Positions 36,539-45,213 of a DNA stretch of 51,314 bases are shown one piece after another. The stretch is from Clostridia bacterium. Its GTDB lineage: Bacteria; Bacillota; Peptococcia; DRI-13; DTU073. The notes below the pieces were generated by a model, which worked only from the letters and a program-made list of their open reading frames with translations, searched no databases and was not told the DNA's origin. The stretch is taken from assembly GCA_028709105.1 (NCBI GenBank), contig JAQVYD010000001.1, positions 1 through 51,314 on the forward strand, given 5' to 3'. The translations under genes and the position numbers were made by a program. Positions within the stretch are counted from its first letter, which is position 1. Each line of letters starts with the position of its first letter.

Positions 36539-38130
36539 AAAGTAAACCCCCTAATTTCATAATCTTCTAAACGAAAGACTAGCCGAGATTTTTCTTCATA
36601 AAGAGGCAAGGAAATTTTTCCTATATTAATTACTACTCCACTATAAATAGTATCTAACACTTTAATACAAGCATTACCCACTTCTTCCAATTGAAGTTCA
36701 AGTTCATTTTTTCGGTTCTCTAATTTTTCTATCTCTGTTTCACCTTGCTGGTAAGTATTTTGGACTTTATTATAAACCACCTTTTTTTCCGCAGAAAAAC
36801 CTCCTGTTGTTTGCATTTTCTGAAGTGTGTTTAATATTTTTAGACTTTTTTCTTGATTTTCCCGATAATGTTTTAAATGATTACAAAGTTCTTTATATTC
36901 ATCAATTAGCACAGGAGTAAGACCTACTTGCAGGATAGTATTCGTTCCCATCGGGGAACCGATGTTTTTTGCAGATATTTCTTCTCCGGCAGAAATGTCT
37001 CCACCTACAATCAAGCCTTTTTTACCACTTACGGATAGTTTTTTTTCAGCTTTAACTATACTATGCATAATTGCTTCACTAACAATAACATTTTCCTTAC
37101 TAAAAGCACTGCCATTTTCTATATAGCGCACATAAATACTGCCCTCAACTTCCGCCTTACCCTGAATAATCCCCTTTTTAACATTAAGATTTCCTCCTGA
37201 GATAACTGTTCCCGCTAAGTTTCCGTAAATCTCTACATCTCCTCCTGCTTCTATGGAAAAGGTGTTTTTGACGTTCCCTTTAACAATTACGTTACCAGGA
37301 AACTCAATATTACCTGTATTAAAATCGACATCCCCCTTAAGTTCATAAGTTGGATAAACATTTACCTTATTATTAATAAAGTTAACCTGTCCTTCTATTG
37401 TCGAAACAAGCTTTGTATTATCATCAATTATTTCTGTGTTTACCCCTAAGGGAAGGCGTACATCTTTCCCAGGTTTAGCTTTAATCTCTTCTCCGAGAAC
37501 ATTCATCCCCTTTGTACCTTCAGTAGGTGGTATTCTTTCGACAAGTGTCATTCCTACCATGGCAATCTGAATTAAACTAAGGTCATAAAAATCTACACTG
37601 CCATTTCCTAATTCTTTAGGCTTTAAAGCGATACCCTCTTTTTGAAAATGAAATTTCAAATTAGCATTTTTACCGTTTACACTTGGTTTACCTTCAGCAA
37701 TTAGCCATTCTTGATAAAAGGAATGTGCTTTAACTATTTCAGGGAATAGTTCAGTTTTAAGCCCTTCTCTAATTCCCTTTTCCTGGAGAAACTGCTCAAG
37801 AGTTGCAAGTTCTAAAAGAGTATTGTTTAAAGACGGATATACCTTTAAAACTGCCTTCATTTTATCAGAAGAACTGTTTAAATCTAATAAAGGTGAATAA
37901 ATCTGTTCACTTTGCAAAGAAGCAATTTTTTCTTTTTCTCCTGATGCTTCAGCAAAACATTCTTTGATAAAATCAACATCATAGGAAATCTTACGCTGAG
38001 CTAATTCATAATACAAGTTTTCTATCTTTATGGGCAAAGCAAGATGCGGATCATTTTTAACCAAAAGGTAAATTCCATCATCTTCTTTTTGTAATTGATA
38101 AATTTTTTTTAATTCAGCCACTTCTCTCAC
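36535..38130 (-). CDS. DUF342/FapA-like flagellar-associated protein
   Basis: 531 aa with a central run of short beta-helix repeats (GNIEFPGNVIVKGNVKN...GGDVEIYGNLAGTVISGGNLNV) and a C-terminal coiled coil. Overlaps sigD by 17 nt. Confidence 0.8.
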   Translation of the reverse strand: MREVAELKKIYQLQKEDDGIYLLVKNDPHLALPIKIENLYYELAQRKISYDVDFIKECFAEASGEKEKIASLQSEQIYSPLLDLNSSSDKMKAVLKVYPSLNNTLLELATLEQFLQEKGIREGLKTELFPEIVKAHSFYQEWLIAEGKPSVNGKNANLKFHFQKEGIALKPKELGNGSVDFYDLSLIQIAMVGMTLVERIPPTEGTKGMNVLGEEIKAKPGKDVRLPLGVNTEIIDDNTKLVSTIEGQVNFINNKVNVYPTYELKGDVDFNTGNIEFPGNVIVKGNVKNTFSIEAGGDVEIYGNLAGTVISGGNLNVKKGIIQGKAEVEGSIYVRYIENGSAFSKENVIVSEAIMHSIVKAEKKLSVSGKKGLIVGGDISAGEEISAKNIGSPMGTNTILQVGLTPVLIDEYKELCNHLKHYRENQEKSLKILNTLQKMQTTGGFSAEKKVVYNKVQNTYQQGETEIEKLENRKNELELQLEEVGNACIKVLDTIYSGVVINIGKISLPLYEEKSRLVFRLEDYEIRGFTL

Positions 38131-38887
38131 CTTTCCTTAAATTTTTTTTATACAAAGAAAGTTTTCCACGCAATCTAAAAATTGCTTTAGTATGAAGTTG
38201 AGAAATCCGTGAAGGAGACAATTCTAAGATCTGAGATATTTCTTTATTCGAAAGGTCATGAAAATAATAGAGACTAATAACAACTTTTTCTTTTTCCGGT
38301 AAGCCAGCTATAGCTTTAGCTAGAATAGCTTTTATTTCTTTTTCTACTGTAATTTGCAAAGGGTTAGGGCTTTCAGAATTAAATAAACTATCCATTAAAC
38401 AAACTTCTTGTTCTTCGGAAAATGACTCATCAAGAGATAAGATGGTGATATATTGTAATGTCTTTAGCCATTTTGATAATTCCTCTAAGCTAATTCCTAA
38501 TTCAGAAGCAATTTCTTCATCTGTAGCATTGCGACCTACTTGCAGCTCTATTTTTTGATAAGCTTGTTCCACCTGTCCGGCTCTTTTCCTTACAGTAACA
38601 GGAAACCAATCCTCTCGACGAATCCCATCAATAATGGCGCCCTTGATTCTTTTAACAGCAAAACCGGCGAACGGTATCCCCAAATTAGGATTATACCTAT
38701 CGATTGCCTCTAGCAGCCCCAAAATACCATAACTGAATAAATCATCTTGCTGCATATAGGCGGGCAATACACACACCATTTTTTTAACTATCTTTTGTAC
38801 TAAAGGAATATAATGTACAATCAGGTCCTCTTTAACTGCAGGTGCTTTGTTTAATAAATATTCTTTCCAAAGATTATGAGGTTCCAT
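38114..38887 (-). CDS. sigD: Flagellar sigma factor SigD/FliA (sigma-28)
   Basis: Sigma-70 region 2 (LFSYGILGLLEAIDRY) and the region 4 HTH (SNKEISQILELSPSRISQLH). The ATG overlaps the cheD stop (TAATG). Confidence 0.9.
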   Translation of the reverse strand: MEPHNLWKEYLLNKAPAVKEDLIVHYIPLVQKIVKKMVCVLPAYMQQDDLFSYGILGLLEAIDRYNPNLGIPFAGFAVKRIKGAIIDGIRREDWFPVTVRKRAGQVEQAYQKIELQVGRNATDEEIASELGISLEELSKWLKTLQYITILSLDESFSEEQEVCLMDSLFNSESPNPLQITVEKEIKAILAKAIAGLPEKEKVVISLYYFHDLSNKEISQILELSPSRISQLHTKAIFRLRGKLSLYKKNLRKGERSG

Positions 38888-39375
38888 TAGATAATCTTAA
38901 CTCCTTTATGTATGCTCTTAATCAACAATTGACCATTTTCAGTAAAAAATTCGATAGTACGCCCGTAATTCCCCCCTATATCTTCAGCTAAAAGGTTAAC
39001 TCTATGGAGATTTAATTCCTTCTTTACTGCTTCTACATTACGCTCACCTATCTTCATTACCTCTTTAATGTTAGGAAAATTAAACATTTGAGCTCCTCCA
39101 GCAATTTTGGCGACTAAACGATGTTTCTGAGCACCATTTTTACACAATTCCTCAAAAAGTAAGTTAATTCCGGAATCGGCATATTTGGCCTTATTAATTA
39201 TATTGCGTGCTTGCTTACTATCCGGCAGCATAATGTGAACCATTCCCCCGATTTTGACGATCGGATCCCATAAACAAACCCCTACACACGACCCCAAGCC
39301 TGCTGTAATAATACTCGTTGGGGTAGACGCTATTTTTAATTCAGCTATACCTATTTTAACAGGTTCATTTGCCAT
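38887..39375 (-). CDS. cheD: Chemoreceptor glutamine deamidase CheD
   Basis: GLGSCVGV catalytic Cys motif and HIMLP. 162 aa. Confidence 0.9.
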   Translation of the reverse strand: MANEPVKIGIAELKIASTPTSIITAGLGSCVGVCLWDPIVKIGGMVHIMLPDSKQARNIINKAKYADSGINLLFEELCKNGAQKHRLVAKIAGGAQMFNFPNIKEVMKIGERNVEAVKKELNLHRVNLLAEDIGGNYGRTIEFFTENGQLLIKSIHKGVKII

Positions 39376-39377
39376 TA

Positions 39378-40013
39378 TTACACTCCTAAAGCATTTAATA
39401 ATATTTTTAATGTTTGCGGTTCAGGAAGAAAGAAAAAATATGCACTTATTTGTTTTTTTTCTTCACAAAACATATTTTCAATAATCAAGGCATAATCACT
39501 TACATTACCAATACTCTGTAAAACTTCACCTAAGATTGCTCCTGCCATATCAATAGCTAACGCTGGGACAGAGGGGATAAAGACATGCTGTGTAAAAACT
39601 CCTAAGGCATTTAAATATGAGCCCGCCAAAATGTTCACAATCTCTTTTAAAGCCGATTCCTGTATTTCGTTTAACATAAAATCCTCTTGGCTATTAACTA
39701 TGGGCGTTATCATTGCACCAAACAATAAATCAAGAAAAGACGGGACCTGATCTCGAGATAATAAAAACAAAATGCCCATAGGGGTATCCCCATCAACAGA
39801 TAGATATCCACCGGCAACCTCCTTTTCCGCTCCACCTACAACTTCCACAATTTGAGCAAAAGGAGCAAGGGTTGCTTTAGGCACTGATAACCCTATTTTA
39901 CGACCTAACATTATCGAAAGAGAGGTAGCGGCATTACCGGCGCCAATATTACTAATTTCCTTTAATGCATCTAACTGCATTTCATTTAAATCAAGATAAT
40001 CTTTCATTAACAT
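39378..40013 (-). CDS. cheC: CheY-P phosphatase CheC
   Basis: The two CheC repeats LKEISNIGAGNAATSLS and LKEIVNILAGSYLNAL. Confidence 0.85.
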   Translation of the reverse strand: MLMKDYLDLNEMQLDALKEISNIGAGNAATSLSIMLGRKIGLSVPKATLAPFAQIVEVVGGAEKEVAGGYLSVDGDTPMGILFLLSRDQVPSFLDLLFGAMITPIVNSQEDFMLNEIQESALKEIVNILAGSYLNALGVFTQHVFIPSVPALAIDMAGAILGEVLQSIGNVSDYALIIENMFCEEKKQISAYFFFLPEPQTLKILLNALGV

Positions 40014-40032
40014 TTCTCCTCCATCGAAGTAT

Positions 40033-40455
40033 TTAATACAAATTCAAATCAACTATTTTATCTAAATCAAGAATTATAATTACGCGGTCATTGATTTTTC
40101 CGATGTTTTTAATAAACCTATAACTACCTTCTACCAGCTGAGGTTTTTCCAGCATTTCCTTACTTAAAGTAATTACCTCAATAACCTCATCAACTATAAA
40201 CCCAACTACCAAATCATCCACATTTAAAATTATAATTCTTGACTTCTCGGTTGGTGTGGTCACAGAAAGCTGAAGACGCAAATGAGAATTAATCACAGGA
40301 ATAACATTTCCTCTCAAATTAAGCACGCCCTGTATAAAAAATGGTGCTTTAGGAACCCTCGTCAGATGTGTCCAACGAATTATTTCTTTTACCGCAAGTA
40401 TATCGACAGCATATTCTTCATTACTTAATTTTAAAGCGATGAATTGATTTTCCAC
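40033..40455 (-). CDS. cheW: Chemotaxis coupling protein CheW
   Basis: 140 aa with EYAVDILAVKEI and GVLNLRGNVIPV motifs. Confidence 0.9.
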   Translation of the reverse strand: MENQFIALKLSNEEYAVDILAVKEIIRWTHLTRVPKAPFFIQGVLNLRGNVIPVINSHLRLQLSVTTPTEKSRIIILNVDDLVVGFIVDEVIEVITLSKEMLEKPQLVEGSYRFIKNIGKINDRVIIILDLDKIVDLNLY

Positions 40456-40469
40456 AATTGATTTCCTCC

Positions 40470-42470
40470 TTAGAACAAAGTTCGAATATCCAATATTAAC
40501 GAAACTTTTCCATCACCTAAGATTGAGGCACCCGCAATTCCCGGTAAACCGGAAAGAAGTTTTCCCAAAGAACTAATCACAATTTCTTGTTGACCAATCA
40601 ACTCTTCGACAATAAGCCCTATTTTTTGTTCCCCCTTCTGCACAACAACAACATTTAATTCTGCAGCCTGTTTATCCCCAGGGACTTCTAAAATATTTTG
40701 AATATAAACAAGCGGTAAGACCCTACCTCGTAAAAGCATGGCTAACTGACCCTGAATATTTTTAATTTGATTTGTCTCTAAACTAGTCGTTTCATCAATA
40801 TTAGCCAAAGGAATAGCAAAAACCTCTTCTTGAACCTTAACCAAAAGTGCCTGAATTATAGCAAGGGTTAAAGGTAATTTAATAAGAAAACGACTTCCTT
40901 GTCCCTTTTTTGTTTCTACAAAAACCTGTCCACTAAGAGCATGAATTTTACTTTTAACGACATCCAAACCAACGCCACGTCCCGAAACATCAGTAACCAC
41001 TTTAGCCGTAGAAAAACCGGATTCAAAGATTAAATTAATAATTGCTTGTTCATCCATCATCTCAAGCTGTGCAGCTGATACAAGATTATTTTCAAGAGCC
41101 TTTTTTTTAATGGCTTCAAGATCTAAACCTCGACCATCATCTTCCACACAGATAATGATCCGATTTCCTTCATGTCGTGCTGATAATTTTAATATGCCCA
41201 TCGTATTTTTATGTACAGCCTTTCGTTCTTCGGGAGATTCAAGCCCATGAGCAAGAGCATTCCGAATAAGATGTACTAAAGGGTCTCCTATCTCATCAAT
41301 TACTGTTCGATCAAGTTCCGTATCCTTTCCTTCTAAAATTAATTCAACATTCTTACCTAATTCTTGAGTAAGGTCACGAACCATTCTCGGGAAACGATTA
41401 AAAACCTGTTCAATAGAAACCATCCGCACGTTTTGCACAACCATCTGTAAATCTGCAGTAATACGATTAATTTGCTCTATTATTTCGTTTAAACCAGGGA
41501 CATCATTAGCAAGACAAATCTGTTCCAACCGAGTTTTATTAATCACTAATTCACCCACTAAATTCATTAATTTGTCAAGACGTCCGATATCAACCCTTAC
41601 TGTTTGATGAACCTTATGTTTATTTCCGGAAACAAACGTAGTTTTATTATTCATCTTAACATCATCTTGTGGAAGATTTGCTCTTGTTTTTTTACTTTTT
41701 ACCTTGTCCATATTTTTAACAGCTATTTCAGAAATACTTAAGGCTGCTTCAATTTCCTTTTGTTCCTGTTTAGAAATGAGAAACAAAATAAACTCATGAT
41801 CAAATTTTTCATCTTCTATATCTTGAACTGATGGTACTGACTTAATGATCTCCCCTATATTTTCTAAATTACGAAAAACCATAAAAGCTCTGACGCCTTT
41901 CATTAAACAATCTGGCGAAAGACTAATAGTAATCTTCCAAACATTAAATCCTTTTAAGATAGCCTCATGAATAACACTATTTTCATACTCATTAAATTGT
42001 ATCTCTAACGTTTCTTGTTGCTGCTCTTGACTATTTTTCCGTTTAACATTTTTCTCTAGATCACTCTTGGTTTTCAGTTCTGTCACAACTTGCCCATCTT
42101 CTAGAACTGTAAGCTTGTCTAACAATCCTTTTAAATCTACATTAGGTGTTTCTCCCTCTCTAATCTTCGTCAACATATTTTCTAGAAGATCCACACATTG
42201 AAAAAGTGTATTAATTATCTCTTGGTTTAAAAGTAGTTTTCTTTCCTGAATTTTCCCCAAAAGACTCTCCATTTTATGGGTCAATTGGGTAATCGAATCA
42301 TACCCCATTGTTGCCGACATTCCTTTTAAAGTATGAGCAGATCTAAAAATTTCATTTAAAAGATTTAACTGGTTAGGATTACTCTCTAAATTTAACAATC
42401 CTGTATTTAATGTTTGTAAATGCTCCATCGCTTCTTCTAAAAAAAGATCTAGATATTTAGAAACATCCAT
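40470..42470 (-). CDS. cheA: Chemotaxis histidine kinase CheA
   Basis: P1 HPt site (RSAHTLKGMSATMG), a dimerisation domain, HATPase boxes (HLIRNALAHG, DDGRGLD, GRGVGLD) and a C-terminal CheW-like P5. Confidence 0.95.
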   Translation of the reverse strand: MDVSKYLDLFLEEAMEHLQTLNTGLLNLESNPNQLNLLNEIFRSAHTLKGMSATMGYDSITQLTHKMESLLGKIQERKLLLNQEIINTLFQCVDLLENMLTKIREGETPNVDLKGLLDKLTVLEDGQVVTELKTKSDLEKNVKRKNSQEQQQETLEIQFNEYENSVIHEAILKGFNVWKITISLSPDCLMKGVRAFMVFRNLENIGEIIKSVPSVQDIEDEKFDHEFILFLISKQEQKEIEAALSISEIAVKNMDKVKSKKTRANLPQDDVKMNNKTTFVSGNKHKVHQTVRVDIGRLDKLMNLVGELVINKTRLEQICLANDVPGLNEIIEQINRITADLQMVVQNVRMVSIEQVFNRFPRMVRDLTQELGKNVELILEGKDTELDRTVIDEIGDPLVHLIRNALAHGLESPEERKAVHKNTMGILKLSARHEGNRIIICVEDDGRGLDLEAIKKKALENNLVSAAQLEMMDEQAIINLIFESGFSTAKVVTDVSGRGVGLDVVKSKIHALSGQVFVETKKGQGSRFLIKLPLTLAIIQALLVKVQEEVFAIPLANIDETTSLETNQIKNIQGQLAMLLRGRVLPLVYIQNILEVPGDKQAAELNVVVVQKGEQKIGLIVEELIGQQEIVISSLGKLLSGLPGIAGASILGDGKVSLILDIRTLF

Positions 42471-42527
42471 AAAAAATACCTCCTCTTAGTCAATCACACT
42501 GCTCATTTCGCTCATCATTACTCTAAT

Positions 42528-43193
42528 TTAAAGTAAACCTTTCTTCTTTAATTCGATTTGACGCAGATAAACATTTTTTATGATTATCTTACGATGTCTT
42601 TCTGAAATTTGAGTAAACTTAACCCTTATAAGATTGTGCTCTATCCCCTGATTATCCAGTTCCCATTCATTACAAACAATTTCGCCTTCTATTTTAATTA
42701 AATCTTCATCTAAGATAAATTGTATTTGAATTTTAGCTTCCTTTTGCAGAGGGATATATGTATTAAGAACAAGCATCATCCCTCCTCCACTTATATTTTT
42801 TGATTTACATCGAATTACCTCTTCTTCGCCTTGGGAATTAAAATATGATAAAAGAACTTCCATCACAAAACTGACTCTAACGTACTCTCTCTGTTGTACC
42901 CGTTCTATTACCTTCGGTTTTGCTAAGATAATCCGATGTACTGAAGTCATCGTATTTTTAAGTAAATAAGTATGAAAAACATAAACAGCCTCACTATTCC
43001 AAAACCAAATGTTAACAGGAGTCCCCTCTGGCAGAATAATCGACGCCCGATCTTTCATCGGCGCAACAATAGTAAAACTATTTTCATCAAAATTTTCAAC
43101 ACGGCTCGGATAACGTGTAAGTTCATCTTTTCTATGGATTAACTCGATTTGCACCAATTGATTAATTTTTAAAAGACTACTTAAATCATTCAT
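42528..43193 (-). CDS. YcgR/MotI-type PilZ-domain c-di-GMP receptor (flagellar brake-like)
   Basis: An N-terminal YcgR-like beta-barrel region followed by a PilZ domain with intact REYVR (RxxxR) and NISGGG (D/NxSxxG) motifs. Confidence 0.8.
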   Translation of the reverse strand: MNDLSSLLKINQLVQIELIHRKDELTRYPSRVENFDENSFTIVAPMKDRASIILPEGTPVNIWFWNSEAVYVFHTYLLKNTMTSVHRIILAKPKVIERVQQREYVRVSFVMEVLLSYFNSQGEEEVIRCKSKNISGGGMMLVLNTYIPLQKEAKIQIQFILDEDLIKIEGEIVCNEWELDNQGIEHNLIRVKFTQISERHRKIIIKNVYLRQIELKKKGLL

Positions 43194-43202
43194 TTTCGTT
43201 AC

Positions 43203-44090
43203 CTACCTAAAGTATTGTGCAACCCTATTAAAAAATGTTTTTAACCCATTTTCTTGCCGGAGCTGCTCTTTCTGATTTGTAATTTTAGCAGCAATATTAT
43301 AAAGATTGTAGGAAGCCATAGACTGAGGATACGCGATAATGAAAGCTTTTTGCTCGCGTACGGCCTGTCCCACTTTAGAATCCTCAACTACAAAACCTAA
43401 AAATTCGATATTATATTTTAAAAACTTATTAACAGCTATTTTTAATTTATTATAAACAATGGCGGCATCGTTAGCAGAGAAGGCTCTATTCACCACGATG
43501 TATATCTGCCCCGAATAATTTTGTATACATAAAGTTTTAATAAAACCATAAGCATCAGTTATCGCCGTTGGGTCAGAGGTAGTTACAATAATTAATTCAT
43601 CTGCAGCTAAAGCAAAACTTAATACTGTCTTAGCAAGCCCAGCTCCCGTATCAATAAGTAAATAATCAGCTTCGCCTTCTATTTTACTTAATTTCGTTAA
43701 AAAGTTTTCCAATTCCCACTCTTTAAGATTAGCTAATTCCTGCATCCCGGAGCCACCCGGTATAATCTTTAAACCATGTGGCCCTTCAATAATTATCTCC
43801 GGAATTGTTTTTTCCCCCATAATCACGTGAGAAAGATTATACAAAGGAGTAAGCCCTAAAATAACATCAATATTTGCTAAGCCCATATCCGCATCTAAGA
43901 GCATTACTTTTTGCTTAAAATCAGTTAGGGCCAAGGCTAGATTTAAAGAAAGATTACTTTTACCAACTCCGCCTTTACCACTAGAGATAGTAATCACTCG
44001 CGTACCTTTATTAACGTTATTTATTTGTGCCTGAAGACTGTTTTTCATCTGTTTAACGATTAGCCGTAAAGAATCTGCTTGATTGTTCAT
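43203..44090 (-). CDS. flhG: MinD-type ATPase FlhG (YlxH)
   Basis: Deviant Walker A SGKGGVGKS, an N-terminal QADSLR FlhF-activating motif and a C-terminal amphipathic helix. Confidence 0.9.
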   Translation of the reverse strand: MNNQADSLRLIVKQMKNSLQAQINNVNKGTRVITISSGKGGVGKSNLSLNLALALTDFKQKVMLLDADMGLANIDVILGLTPLYNLSHVIMGEKTIPEIIIEGPHGLKIIPGGSGMQELANLKEWELENFLTKLSKIEGEADYLLIDTGAGLAKTVLSFALAADELIIVTTSDPTAITDAYGFIKTLCIQNYSGQIYIVVNRAFSANDAAIVYNKLKIAVNKFLKYNIEFLGFVVEDSKVGQAVREQKAFIIAYPQSMASYNLYNIAAKITNQKEQLRQENGLKTFFNRVAQYFR

Positions 44091-44094
44091 CTAA

Positions 44095-45213
44095 CTACTC
44101 CTTCATCAACATTTGCACAAGTTTAATCGGATCAGCGACTTCAATATCATCGGGAATATTCTGTCCATTAGCAAAATAGGAAATAGGATATTCTTCTTTA
44201 CATACAAGGTTATAGATGGAACCGTAATTTGAGGTTTCATCAAGTTTAGTAAAAATTAAACTTGTCACATTTATATCTCGGTAAGTATCAAAAATATCTA
44301 AGAAATCTTGATACTTACTCGTACTAGCTAGAACTAAAAAAATCTCGTCGGAATGAGCACTTTCCAGATATTGTTTTAGCTCATTAACCTGTGTAATGTT
44401 TTTATGACTTCGACCTGCAGTATCAATATAAATAACATCAAAGTCCCTCATTTCTCGAAGGCTTTCTTGTAAATTTTCCGGATTAAAAATAACCTTAACC
44501 GGAACATTCATAATATCGCCAATAGTTTTAAGCTGTTCTACTGCTGCAATCCGATAGGTATCCACCGTAATTAAGGCTACCTTTTTCTTTTCCAGCACCG
44601 CACTCATCGCTGCCAACTTAGCAATAGTAGTAGTTTTACCAACACCGGTAGGTCCAATAAAGGTTAAAATCCTAGGTTCCCCCATCTTAACTTTAGCCGG
44701 TACATATTTTATCTTTTGCAGCGGTTTTAAGAGATTAGCAAAGAAAATTTTATTTAACTCCTCTTTTGTTTGTAAAGAAGCTTGGGAATATTGCTCTAAA
44801 GTTAATTTTACTATCTTTTGAGCAATTTTATCTTCAATCTCTTGCTTTTTTAAACGATGATACAAAACCTGCCCCATTTTAGGAAACTGCGGTTCTCCTA
44901 GATTTTCTAACATCAAAGACATTTCTTGCATCATTTTATGCATTTCCGCTAGATCCGAAGCAATTTCATGATCATTTTTAATAGAATCCTTTTTTATTTT
45001 TTGTCCGGCAAAAGTACCCTCATTTAAAGCAACATTTTCTTGATTATTATCAGCAGCGGCCGTTACCTCGACATAGTTTTTACGAAAGAACCCTAAAAAA
45101 CCACCTTCTTTAAAATAACGGGTATGCAAGATCACCGCATCATTTCCTAATTCAGATTTTATTTTTTCCATTGCTTCCTGCATATCTACAGCCACAAACC
45201 TTTTAACCCGCAT
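44095..45213 (-). CDS. flhF: SRP-type GTPase FlhF
   Basis: B-N-G architecture with GPTGVGKTTT, DTAGR and TKLDE motifs. Confidence 0.9.
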   Translation of the reverse strand: MRVKRFVAVDMQEAMEKIKSELGNDAVILHTRYFKEGGFLGFFRKNYVEVTAAADNNQENVALNEGTFAGQKIKKDSIKNDHEIASDLAEMHKMMQEMSLMLENLGEPQFPKMGQVLYHRLKKQEIEDKIAQKIVKLTLEQYSQASLQTKEELNKIFFANLLKPLQKIKYVPAKVKMGEPRILTFIGPTGVGKTTTIAKLAAMSAVLEKKKVALITVDTYRIAAVEQLKTIGDIMNVPVKVIFNPENLQESLREMRDFDVIYIDTAGRSHKNITQVNELKQYLESAHSDEIFLVLASTSKYQDFLDIFDTYRDINVTSLIFTKLDETSNYGSIYNLVCKEEYPISYFANGQNIPDDIEVADPIKLVQMLMKE

